Assembly: GCA_043815885.1 (NCBI GenBank)
Contig: JBDRIL010000062.1
Location: 1 to 15,112 of the forward strand
Direction: 5' to 3'
Length of the DNA: 15,112 nt
From: an archaeon
GTDB taxonomy: Archaea > Iainarchaeota > Iainarchaeia > Iainarchaeales > 1-14-0-10-31-34
Part shown: piece by piece, positions 1-8,191 of the stretch
Position numbering within the stretch: the first letter of the stretch is position 1
How the letters are laid out: the number at the start of each line of letters is the position of its first letter
Program-made: the position numbers and the translations under genes
The notes under the pieces: generated by a model
Seen by the model: only the letters and a program-made list of their open reading frames with translations
What the model was told of the DNA's origin: nothing
Database searches by the model: none

Positions 1-1167
1 GGAAGAAAGGTATTAATGGATATAGCTAACCCTCATGTAATACTGATTTGTGGAAAGAGAGGGGGAGGAAAGAGCTATAGCATGTCTGTATTGCTTGAAG
101 AATTTGCCAGGCAGCCATTCAGTGTAAAGAAAAGGATTTCAGTTATTGTGATTGATACTGTCGGGATTTTTTGGACTTTAAAGATTCCGAATAAAGAAGA
201 AAAAGCCGAATTATTTAACTGGGATTTAACTCCACAGGCAACAGATGCAAGGGTATTGGTTCCAAAAGGAAAGATTTCTTTCTATAAAGAAAAAGGAATC
301 CCGATTGACGGAGCATTCACTCTAAAAGCATCAGAATTGGATGCAGAGGAATGGCTTGCTTTATTTGGCCTTTCATGGAAGGAAGAAGAGGGAATCCTTA
401 TTTCAAGAGTGATTGAAACACTTAAATCAAAACTTGGAACTAAATATGATTTAAATGAAATAATTGATTTAGTTAAGAAAGACAAGGAATCAGATAAGAG
501 AGCAATTCAGGCAGTAATCGGAAGACTGAAGGTAGCAAAGAACTGGGGTTTGTTTGATAAAGAAGGAACTAAAATAAAGGAAATAGCTGAACCAGGAAAA
601 ATAACAATAATTGATGTCTCTGCTTACCGCCAAGCAATTGGAATGGAGGGAACAAGAGACATTATTGTTGCATTGCTTGGAAAAAAATTATTCGAGGAAA
701 GAATGCTTTACAGAAAAGAAGAGGAAGTAAAACTGATTAAAGGATTAAAGAAAGAATCAACAATGCCGATAGTATGGATGATGATAGATGAAGCCCACAT
801 GTTCATGCCCAAAGACGAACCAAACATTGCTCTTAAAGTATTGCTTGAATGGGTCAGGGTAGGAAGACAGCCAGGACTAAGTCTAGTCCTAGCAACCCAA
901 AGACCAAATAAACTGCATCCTGATTGTATTTCCCAGTGCGATTTATTCATGAGCCACAGAATGACCTCCCAATCAGACATTGAAGCAGTCTCTCAATTAC
1001 GTCCCTCTTACCTTCACTCAAACTTTGATAAATTATATCAGGAAATGCCCAAATCAAAGGGATTTGCATTAATTCTGGACGACAATACAGAGAATCTATG
1101 GCTAGTGAAGGTCCGCCCAAGATTTTCCTGGGACGGAGGCGTTACAGCCTCTGCCTTTACCGAATAA
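1..1167 (+). CDS. HerA/FtsK-superfamily (DUF87-type) ATP-binding protein, probably 5'-partial
   Basis: Walker A GKRGGGKS, Walker B WMMIDEAH, RVGRQPG and LATQRP motifs typical of HerA/VirB4-like ATPases. The frame is open from base 1 (GRKVL precedes the ATG at 16), so the true start may lie upstream of the window. Confidence 0.85.
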   Translation, partial: GRKVLMDIANPHVILICGKRGGGKSYSMSVLLEEFARQPFSVKKRISVIVIDTVGIFWTLKIPNKEEKAELFNWDLTPQATDARVLVPKGKISFYKEKGIPIDGAFTLKASELDAEEWLALFGLSWKEEEGILISRVIETLKSKLGTKYDLNEIIDLVKKDKESDKRAIQAVIGRLKVAKNWGLFDKEGTKIKEIAEPGKITIIDVSAYRQAIGMEGTRDIIVALLGKKLFEERMLYRKEEEVKLIKGLKKESTMPIVWMMIDEAHMFMPKDEPNIALKVLLEWVRVGRQPGLSLVLATQRPNKLHPDCISQCDLFMSHRMTSQSDIEAVSQLRPSYLHSNFDKLYQEMPKSKGFALILDDNTENLWLVKVRPRFSWDGGVTASAFTE

Positions 1168-1211
1168 GAATTAAATACTTGTTGCTGTTTTTAATTATTT
1201 AAGTGAATTGA

Positions 1212-1652
1212 ATGGCTCGATTTTGTCTTAAAGAAATACCTGGAGCTAGCAAAAGCCGTCGAACAAAAGCCAGAAGGGAGTTTGCGGGGCTACCGACAGA
1301 AGTTATTACAATTAAAGTTTCAGGTTTTAAATTACTCAAACTAAGGCGTGGTCAAATTATAATTAAAATGAATTCATTGGTTAGTAAAAAAGATCGTCTT
1401 GGTGGGGAACTTTCTAAGAAGGAACAAGCCCAATTAGATGCTTTGAAAAGAGAAGTAGAAAAAAGAAAACTTGGGCAAAGAAGAGAACATGAATACAGGG
1501 TAGCATTTCCTAATGGTCGACAAATATATCTCCCTGCTTCGGAGATTGACGCAATGATTGAATTTTTTAGAGCTAAAGAAAAAGAAAGAACTCTTTCAGC
1601 AAAAGAAAAAATTTGTTTTTCTGCATTAGTTTCAGCTAAAAAAAATAAATAA
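1212..1652 (+). CDS. Hypothetical basic (K/R-rich) protein, ORFan-like
   Basis: 146-aa ORF filling the gap between two + strand genes. AAGTGA SD-like motif just upstream. No recognisable motif. Confidence 0.65.
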   Translation: MARFCLKEIPGASKSRRTKARREFAGLPTEVITIKVSGFKLLKLRRGQIIIKMNSLVSKKDRLGGELSKKEQAQLDALKREVEKRKLGQRREHEYRVAFPNGRQIYLPASEIDAMIEFFRAKEKERTLSAKEKICFSALVSAKKNK

Positions 1653-1676
1653 TCATTTTTTTGAAGTGAATTATTT

Positions 1677-2615
1677 ATGTCGAAAAAGATTGTCGTGTGT
1701 TTTGGAGGGAATGCCTTAATTAGAGAAGGGCAGAAGGGAACTGTTTATGAGCAGTTTGCTAATACCCGTGAGTCTCTAGAGGGAGTGGTGGAATTAATCC
1801 GGAGAGGGCATAAGATTGTATTGACTCACGGGAACGGCCCTCAAGTGGGAAATATTGTTATCAGGACAGAGGAGGCAGAGGGAAAGGCATATTATATTCC
1901 TTTAGGGGTTGCAGTAGCAGAATCACAGGGAGAAATCGGGTATATGATTGAACAAAGCCTGCAGAATAAATTAATGCTTGAAAAAATAAACAAGAAAGTA
2001 GCGACTGTTTTAACACAGGTGATTTGTGATAAAGATGATGCGTCAATAAAAACCCCGACAAAACCAATTGGACCATTCTATGGAAAAGAAAAACTTGATG
2101 ATTTTAAAGAACATAAAATCAAGTTTGTGGAGGACAGTGGAAGAGGCTACAGGAGAGTAGTGCCTTCTCCAATTCCGCTTGAAACAGTTGAAAGAGAAAT
2201 AATAAAGAAATTAGTTGATTCAGGCATAATAGTGATTGCCTGTGGTGGAGGAGGAATGCCTGTATATGTGGAAAAAGACGGAAGACTGGAGGGAATTGAC
2301 GGAGTAATTGACAAGGATTTGGCTTCAGCTGTACTTGCAACAGAAATTCAGGCAGAAGAAATGCATATCCTTACATCAGTAGAAAAAGTAGCATTGAATT
2401 ACAATAAACCAAACCAGAAATTCATTGATAAAATGACAATAAAAGAAGCAAAGAAATACATGAAAGAAGGGCATTTTCCTTCAGGAAGCATGCGTCCAAA
2501 AATACAGGCATCAATTGATTTCCTTGAAAAAGGCGGAAAAAGAGTAGTCATTACATCGATAAATAAATTAGTTGAAGGAATGGAAGGAAGCACCGGAACA
2601 GAGATAGTGAAATAA
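1677..2615 (+). CDS. arcC: Carbamate kinase
   Basis: Signature segments FGGNAL, THGNGPQVG, AESQGEIGY, PTKPIGPFY, GYRRVVPSP, GGGGMPV, GVIDKDLA, GSMRPK; 312 aa, full length. Confidence 0.96.
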   Translation: MSKKIVVCFGGNALIREGQKGTVYEQFANTRESLEGVVELIRRGHKIVLTHGNGPQVGNIVIRTEEAEGKAYYIPLGVAVAESQGEIGYMIEQSLQNKLMLEKINKKVATVLTQVICDKDDASIKTPTKPIGPFYGKEKLDDFKEHKIKFVEDSGRGYRRVVPSPIPLETVEREIIKKLVDSGIIVIACGGGGMPVYVEKDGRLEGIDGVIDKDLASAVLATEIQAEEMHILTSVEKVALNYNKPNQKFIDKMTIKEAKKYMKEGHFPSGSMRPKIQASIDFLEKGGKRVVITSINKLVEGMEGSTGTEIVK

Positions 2616-2616
2616 A

Positions 2617-2901
2617 CTATTTCTTTGAATAATACTTTCCAATAATGTATTTTGCTCCGAATTCACTCACTGAAGCCACTTTAAGGGATTTTCCATGATC
2701 TTCAATTAATCCCTTGTTTTTCAGATGTTTTAAAATTTTCTTGAACTCAGTCTTTTTCTTGTATTGTTTGGAGAATTCCTCGAAATTTATTCTCCTTTTA
2801 ATCAGAAAAACATTCTTGTAGGAATTCTTTATGATTAATCTGTCATACATTTCAATTAGAACCCTGTCCTCAATTGATTGAATCTTGTTCTTATCAAGCA
2901 T
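2617..2901 (-). CDS. Small winged-helix-like DNA-binding protein (putative)
   Basis: C-terminal KKILKHLKNKGLIE...ASVSEFGAKY resembles the wHTH recognition helix and wing (LxxKGLI...xTxxG). ATG at 2901 preferred; an alternative TTG start is at 2913. Confidence 0.6.
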   Translation of the reverse strand: MLDKNKIQSIEDRVLIEMYDRLIIKNSYKNVFLIKRRINFEEFSKQYKKKTEFKKILKHLKNKGLIEDHGKSLKVASVSEFGAKYIIGKYYSKK

Positions 2902-2986
2902 TAGAAAAACCAACTCTGCTAAAAAAGAAACAGGCCAACAAAAACCCCTTAAATCTAATCCATAGACAATAAACGAACAAAAATAC

Positions 2987-3036
2987 CAAAAGATATATCA
3001 ATAAGAAGCAATTAATAACTATTTATATATCTTTTG
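2987..3036. promoter_or_regulatory. 12-bp perfect inverted repeat overlapping a TATA box (candidate operator)
   Basis: CAAAAGATATAT (2987-2998) and ATATATCTTTTG (3025-3036) with a 26-nt spacer. The right arm overlaps TTTATATA (3022-3029), which ends 22 nt before the ATG at 3052. Confidence 0.6.
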
Positions 3037-3051
3037 CTTTATATTATCTTT

Positions 3052-3528
3052 ATGCGTAGAAAATCCATTACAATTGTTTCTTCAATCACCAAATGCCTGG
3101 AGAAGAACCCTGGATTGGCTTTGCCTCCTACAAGGATTGCAAGCCTTGCAGGACTTAACTATCATGCATGCAAGACTTACCTGCATTTAATTGAAAGCAT
3201 TCAGGAAATGCCCAAAATACAGGTAATAAAGACTCCACGAGGAGAGATATTCAAAATAGAAATGACTGCCCTTCCGCTGGAAGAACAAAAGGAAATATTG
3301 AAGGAAGAATTTGGAATGAAGCACTCTAAGACAGATGAAGTGTATATTGCTCTTCTTGAAAAAAAGGCTTTTAATCTAAAATCAGCGGTTAAAATAAAAA
3401 TGAATTCAATAATAGAGAAAGCCCTGAAGCTGGGGCACTTAAAGAAAACAAGGGAAAATAAGGTGTATTTAACAAAAGTCGGAAGAATAATTGCAAAAGG
3501 AGCAAAGGAATTGTTTCTTGAAGATTAA
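3052..3528 (+). CDS. Putative tandem winged-helix DNA-binding protein
   Basis: N-terminal PTRIASLAGLNYHACKTYL is HTH-like. C-terminal ALKLGHLKKTRENKVYLTKVG is wHTH wing-like. ATG 3052 fits a leaderless start after the TATA at 3022-3029; the ORF-track TTG at 3034 lies within the promoter. Confidence 0.65.
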   Translation: MRRKSITIVSSITKCLEKNPGLALPPTRIASLAGLNYHACKTYLHLIESIQEMPKIQVIKTPRGEIFKIEMTALPLEEQKEILKEEFGMKHSKTDEVYIALLEKKAFNLKSAVKIKMNSIIEKALKLGHLKKTRENKVYLTKVGRIIAKGAKELFLED

Positions 3529-4211
3529 TCCTCTGAATACTTTAGATTCATTTCTTTTGCTAACCTGTCTATTCTTTTTATTCTTGTATTGTCTCCTTCT
3601 ATTGCAATTGCATTTTCATTCCTGAATACTACCTTCAGTAACTCGTTCTCCAGCCTGCTGTTCTTGAGGATTCTTTTCTTTTCAAGGTAATTCAGTAAAT
3701 CCATTAGTTTTTCTGTCAGAACAATCAGTGAATGCTGTCCGCTTACTTCAAGCTTTAATTCATTTTCAATTGAATTCAATTCAACTGTTCCAATGAATTC
3801 AGGCTTAAAGGAAACAGAGTTAATTGCAAACAATGGATACATTGCTTCAAGAAAGTTCTTCATTGCCTTTGAGTCAGGAAAAAAGTAATTTCTGTTTGTA
3901 CGGAATTCCTCCAGAAAGAGGTTTGCCCTTACTGCGTCTTCCTCAAATCCCTTTAAGCTTTTCCTTAACTCTGAAAGCAGTGAATCCATTTTCTTGTAAA
4001 GCCCAAGAACATTTTTTTCCTTTATTAGTTTCTTTGAAATAGGATTAATTGAAGGATTCTCTTCTCCGATTCTTTCAATTGAAAGAATTCCATTGTAAAC
4101 AGAAGCAATTCCTTTATTCAGTTCCTTTAGTTCTTCCAGTGCCTTATTGGTTCTGTATAATTCCTTTTCAACTTCCTTTAATGTCTCCCTTACCTTAGCG
4201 TTATCATCCAA
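3525..4211 (-). CDS. Hypothetical protein with N-terminal coiled coil
   Basis: 228-aa ORF; TTG start preceded by a GGGGGAG SD-like motif; E/K/L heptad-rich N-terminus; 4-nt TTAA stop overlap with the convergent gene. Confidence 0.75.
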   Translation of the reverse strand: MDDNAKVRETLKEVEKELYRTNKALEELKELNKGIASVYNGILSIERIGEENPSINPISKKLIKEKNVLGLYKKMDSLLSELRKSLKGFEEDAVRANLFLEEFRTNRNYFFPDSKAMKNFLEAMYPLFAINSVSFKPEFIGTVELNSIENELKLEVSGQHSLIVLTEKLMDLLNYLEKKRILKNSRLENELLKVVFRNENAIAIEGDNTRIKRIDRLAKEMNLKYSED

Positions 4212-4256
4212 AGAATATCTCCCCCAAGAAAAAGAATGATAGGAACTATTTTTTAA

Positions 4257-6563
4257 TTATTCTCTCAAAACCCTTTTCTTATGGATAAAGATACTGTTGC
4301 TTGCATAAATCTTGTCCATTTCCATGAATTCAATTGGTTCAGCAGTTTCAGGGTTTCCGGTAATCATTTCATTAATTAAATTATTTTGATTCAATACATA
4401 GTCAATTCCATACTTATCCAGAATGCTGTAATCCTTTTTCTTAAGGAAACTGAATGAATCATTCAGCTTTGCTTCATCTGCATACTCTACATACAGGTCA
4501 GCCAATACAGTTCTTTTCCCAAAGAATGCAACATTGTGCCCGTAAAGCGGGTCTGCAAGAATTCTCGAATTGGATGAAGAATTATCTTTAAGGAAATTAA
4601 TCGGCTGAACCATTGAATTCGGAACAGTTATTCCTGGAACTAAAAGAAGGGAAATAACTACAATGATTAATAAAATCAATGAAAACATTCTTGCAGTCAA
4701 TTCATTGAAGGAATTCTTTGTATTGAAGTAGGTTAAAATGAATAAAGCAATAATGAATGAAGAAAAGATGTTCCATCTCCATGTAATGAATAACTGGACA
4801 GCAACAGAAATAATTATTGCAATCAAAAGCTTCTTTTTATAGGAATCATAGAATAAATTCTTTCCCCTTATTTTATCCCATACATCGAATGAAAGCATTA
4901 CAGCAATAAAGAACAGGGTTAAACCTTCCTCCAGCAATGAGAGTTCTAATGGCAGCTTAACCAAATAACCCCATTGCTCTGGCCTTATCTCGTAGGGCTG
5001 TCCAAAAAGCAATAAATTAGGCAGGAACAATGCAAGAAAAACCACAAAACCAATAATGATTGTTTTCATGAAATGCTTCCATTCAATCTTTCTTGAAATA
5101 AGCGGATAAGTGAAAATAAATCCCAGAAGCAATGGAATCTGTATAAAGGAAGTGACTCCCAAAAGCAATCCGGAAAACCAGTGGTCCCTGTTTTTAATCA
5201 GTAAAGCCAGTGCAATCAAAAGGAATGCAAGAGAAAAAAGATGCCTGGGAGTAAAAGTCGTATCAGGGAAAATGAACAGGTTTCCAATCAATAAAATGAA
5301 TGCCACTGCCCTTAGTTCTTTCCTGAATCCAAGTGCGTCAATCAAGAAATAAACGGAAAAAAAGAAGAAAAGGTTTCCCAACAACAGAATCAATGCAAAT
5401 AATCCTGCTTCACTCAACCCAGTAATCCATGAAAAACCTGCATTCAATAAAAAATAACCCGGAACAAAGGAAAAACCTCTTCCCAGATAACTCAATGAAT
5501 CTATTGAAGGAACAGCGAACTCTTCTGCAACCATTTCAGCTCCCCTTTCATAGAATACACTGAAGTTAGTGAAATGATTCAGGGAAATGAAGTGGAAGAA
5601 GATTGCAACAAATATAATGAATAAAAGAACCGAGATTTCCAGTAATGAAAAATTTCTGATAAACTTATCTTCATAGCTTAACCTGAATCTTTTCCTGAAT
5701 AAGGCAATCAATACAATTAATTCCACTATTAAGAGTATTATAAATGAAAAAAGATTCAATAACTTAAGCTGATTCAATACAAATCCATTGATTATGATTA
5801 AAACAAATAATGAAGCAAAGGAAAGAGCCATTTTTTCCGCAAATCCCTTGGAAGAAAAGACAAAGGAAGAAAAAACAAACAATCCAATAATCAGAATCAA
5901 TAACCCAACAATGAAATGCATCCTGAATTTTTCCTGCACAGTAATGCTTTCACTGTTCTCTTTCCCAAGAAAAACCACTTTTACTTCATTTTCTCCTTCC
6001 CTTAAATCAATTCTTTCAATGAATTCCTCTTCTCCTTCTTCCGGATACACTCTTCTTTCCAGCTCTCCATTAACAAATATTTCCACTGGCTCAAACTTGT
6101 TCCCAGAAGAATTTACCTTAAACCTTAATTCCTTTCCAGTCAAGGAAATTATCTGAATTGAGGCTTTCTCCTCTTTAATTCCTTCCTCTTTCATTAAATG
6201 ATAAAATAATTTATGCTCTCCTACAAGAATCTCAACCAGATTTTCTCCTTCCTTCAGCTCATTTGCATTAAAGCAATATCCCTTCACCATTCTTTCCTTT
6301 ACAAGAACTGATTCATTCAATAGCAGTTCTTCATTAGAAACAGCCATTACTTCAATTACTTTTCCTTCCCCGAATTCAATTGGCTCAAAAAGCAACTTAA
6401 AACAGCTTTCCCCGGAAGAAAGTTTTTTATCAAAGGAAATCAATCCTACACTCAATTCCTGGGGCTTATAAGCAAATTCCCCCCAGTAATTGCTTGCAGT
6501 CACTCCAATAACGCTTAAAACCAGTAAAACCACTAGAAAAGCCATTTCTCTTGAGTACTTCAT
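4257..6563 (-). CDS. Large polytopic membrane protein, GT-C fold / AglB(STT3)-like C-terminal domain, with N-terminal extracellular beta-sandwich repeats
   Basis: N-terminal hydrophobic anchor, two L(K/R)EGENxV motifs, many TM helices. C-terminal FLKDNSSSNSRILADPLYGHNVAFFGKRTVLAD...ILDKYGIDYVL parallels the STT3/AglB soluble domain but lacks WWD. Confidence 0.65.
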   Translation of the reverse strand: MKYSREMAFLVVLLVLSVIGVTASNYWGEFAYKPQELSVGLISFDKKLSSGESCFKLLFEPIEFGEGKVIEVMAVSNEELLLNESVLVKERMVKGYCFNANELKEGENLVEILVGEHKLFYHLMKEEGIKEEKASIQIISLTGKELRFKVNSSGNKFEPVEIFVNGELERRVYPEEGEEEFIERIDLREGENEVKVVFLGKENSESITVQEKFRMHFIVGLLILIIGLFVFSSFVFSSKGFAEKMALSFASLFVLIIINGFVLNQLKLLNLFSFIILLIVELIVLIALFRKRFRLSYEDKFIRNFSLLEISVLLFIIFVAIFFHFISLNHFTNFSVFYERGAEMVAEEFAVPSIDSLSYLGRGFSFVPGYFLLNAGFSWITGLSEAGLFALILLLGNLFFFFSVYFLIDALGFRKELRAVAFILLIGNLFIFPDTTFTPRHLFSLAFLLIALALLIKNRDHWFSGLLLGVTSFIQIPLLLGFIFTYPLISRKIEWKHFMKTIIIGFVVFLALFLPNLLLFGQPYEIRPEQWGYLVKLPLELSLLEEGLTLFFIAVMLSFDVWDKIRGKNLFYDSYKKKLLIAIIISVAVQLFITWRWNIFSSFIIALFILTYFNTKNSFNELTARMFSLILLIIVVISLLLVPGITVPNSMVQPINFLKDNSSSNSRILADPLYGHNVAFFGKRTVLADLYVEYADEAKLNDSFSFLKKKDYSILDKYGIDYVLNQNNLINEMITGNPETAEPIEFMEMDKIYASNSIFIHKKRVLRE

Positions 6564-6587
6564 AAATTCAAATTGTATGGAAAGGAA

Positions 6588-6593
6588 TTTAAA
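6588..6593. promoter_or_regulatory. Palindromic TTTAAA TATA box, probably bidirectional
   Basis: Exactly 24 nt from both divergent ATGs (6563 on -, 6618 on +). Confidence 0.6.
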
Positions 6594-6617
6594 AAAAGAG
6601 TGGACTCTATTTAAATT

Positions 6618-8117
6618 ATGGAGAAAAGAACAAGAAGCTTTTTAATTCTTGCCATTATATCTGCAGTGCTTTTACTGTTATTTTTTGTAAATGACTTAAT
6701 TCACTCCATTCTTTATGCAATTACAAGGGAATTAATTGGAGGCCTTTCAAGCGGGAAAACAATCCTTTTACTCTCATGGTTTATGGTGAATCCATTAATC
6801 AGCATCCTCTTCCTGAATTCATCTATCCCGAAAAAAATCCTTAAATACAAGGATTTACTGCTTAAAATATTCATTCTTTCCCTGATTGCAGGCTTTCTGC
6901 TTTCTGCAGCACAATACACTTATTTTTCTCTTTCATTTAATTCATACGGGCCTTTTGCTGCACTTACAATGGAGGAAGGATACATTAACTGGGAGGCCTC
7001 TAATGCATTGCATAATCACTTCCCTAAAGCAGCCATTTACTTCATTGAAAAATCCCTTGGATTCAGTATTGGAAACAAATTCGATGACGGAAAACCCCTC
7101 TACCTTATTTTCCCCAATCCAGAGCCATGGGCAATAGTATTCATAATCATTACCTCAATAATCCTTGTTTCTGGATTGCTTCACATTAACTCTCAAGTAA
7201 AAAAAATAAGTTTATTTGATTACCTCTTATTCCTTTTAGCATTCATTGCAATAACAGTTAATGTCATTGACGGAGGAATCGGCTCCAGTACAGCCTTTGC
7301 TCCATTCTTTTTCCTCTTTCTCTATATTTCAAGGAATTATTTCTCGCTAAAAAACAAAATCCTTCAAGCACTCCTTCCATTGCTTTTTCTTTCTCTATTC
7401 TTCCTTTCATTCACTCTATTGATTCAGGCTGACCTCATCCATGAAACACTCTCTCTTCCATTCGCTTTATTCATTGCAGTTCCATTTTACTTCTATGAAT
7501 TAAAGAAACAAAAACAACTGAATTTCAGCTGGCTGAATACAGCATTAGTAATCCTTTTCCTTATCTCTTCCTGTTTCGCTTTAATGAATCTCAGTAATTT
7601 TGCTTTCGGAAGAGAAATAACTGATTTAAGGCCTGAAGCGTCTCTTCAAGACTCCTTTAAAGGAGGAGGAATTTTCTTTTATGGTTTGCCAAGAGAAATG
7701 TCCCTGCAACAGCTTAATTCCGAATTGAATCCTTACGGAGAAATAATTGAATCCTACAAGAATGGATGGACTGCATATGCGAGAATTGTTCCATTCAAGC
7801 CATTCCGCACAGGAGAACTGGAGAATAAATTAACCCTAGAACTCAATCCTTCCACTTATTTCTTTGCAGTTGAAAACGTTCCCCTGCCGCAAAGAGAAAC
7901 TCTGGTAATTCACTGGTTCAGGGAAACCGATTCAACTGAATTCCTCAGAGATGAATTCCTTGGAATAAAGGTAATAGAAAGAAAAGAACTGAAAGAAGAG
8001 AATAAAACAGAAATCACAATTGACTCAAAAATCGATCTTCCTTGGCAGATGCTTTCAGTTCTAACAGAAATAAGGGAAAACGGCTTCAAAGGAAAACTGC
8101 TTGTAAGCCTGAAATAA
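6618..8117 (+). CDS. Hypothetical polytopic membrane protein with soluble C-terminal domain
   Basis: 499-aa ORF with multiple hydrophobic segments, an extramembrane loop (HNHFPK...FDDGKP), an IDGG motif and a hydrophilic C-terminal ~170 aa. Confidence 0.8.
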   Translation: MEKRTRSFLILAIISAVLLLLFFVNDLIHSILYAITRELIGGLSSGKTILLLSWFMVNPLISILFLNSSIPKKILKYKDLLLKIFILSLIAGFLLSAAQYTYFSLSFNSYGPFAALTMEEGYINWEASNALHNHFPKAAIYFIEKSLGFSIGNKFDDGKPLYLIFPNPEPWAIVFIIITSIILVSGLLHINSQVKKISLFDYLLFLLAFIAITVNVIDGGIGSSTAFAPFFFLFLYISRNYFSLKNKILQALLPLLFLSLFFLSFTLLIQADLIHETLSLPFALFIAVPFYFYELKKQKQLNFSWLNTALVILFLISSCFALMNLSNFAFGREITDLRPEASLQDSFKGGGIFFYGLPREMSLQQLNSELNPYGEIIESYKNGWTAYARIVPFKPFRTGELENKLTLELNPSTYFFAVENVPLPQRETLVIHWFRETDSTEFLRDEFLGIKVIERKELKEENKTEITIDSKIDLPWQMLSVLTEIRENGFKGKLLVSLK

Positions 8118-8119
8118 AG

Positions 8120-8191
8120 TGGGCCCGGGGAGAATTGAACTCCCGACCTACACCGTGTGAAGGTGTTGTCCTACCACTAGACCACGAGCCC
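8120..8191 (-). tRNA. tRNA-Val(CAC)
   Basis: Minus strand GGGCTCG-TG-GTCTAGTGGTAGGAC-A-ACACC-TTCACAC-GGTGT-AGGTC-GGGAG-TTCAATT-CTCCC-CGGGCCC-A folds into a full cloverleaf. Anticodon CAC; no encoded CCA. Confidence 0.97.

Noticed and set aside
1..1167. HerA-NurA repair operon or HerA-based defence system
   Set aside because: No NurA, Mre11/Rad50, Sir2 or nuclease partner is recognisable downstream, and the upstream context is outside the window.
4257..6563. Calling the gene aglB
   Set aside because: The essential WWDYG motif is absent and the N-terminal architecture differs.
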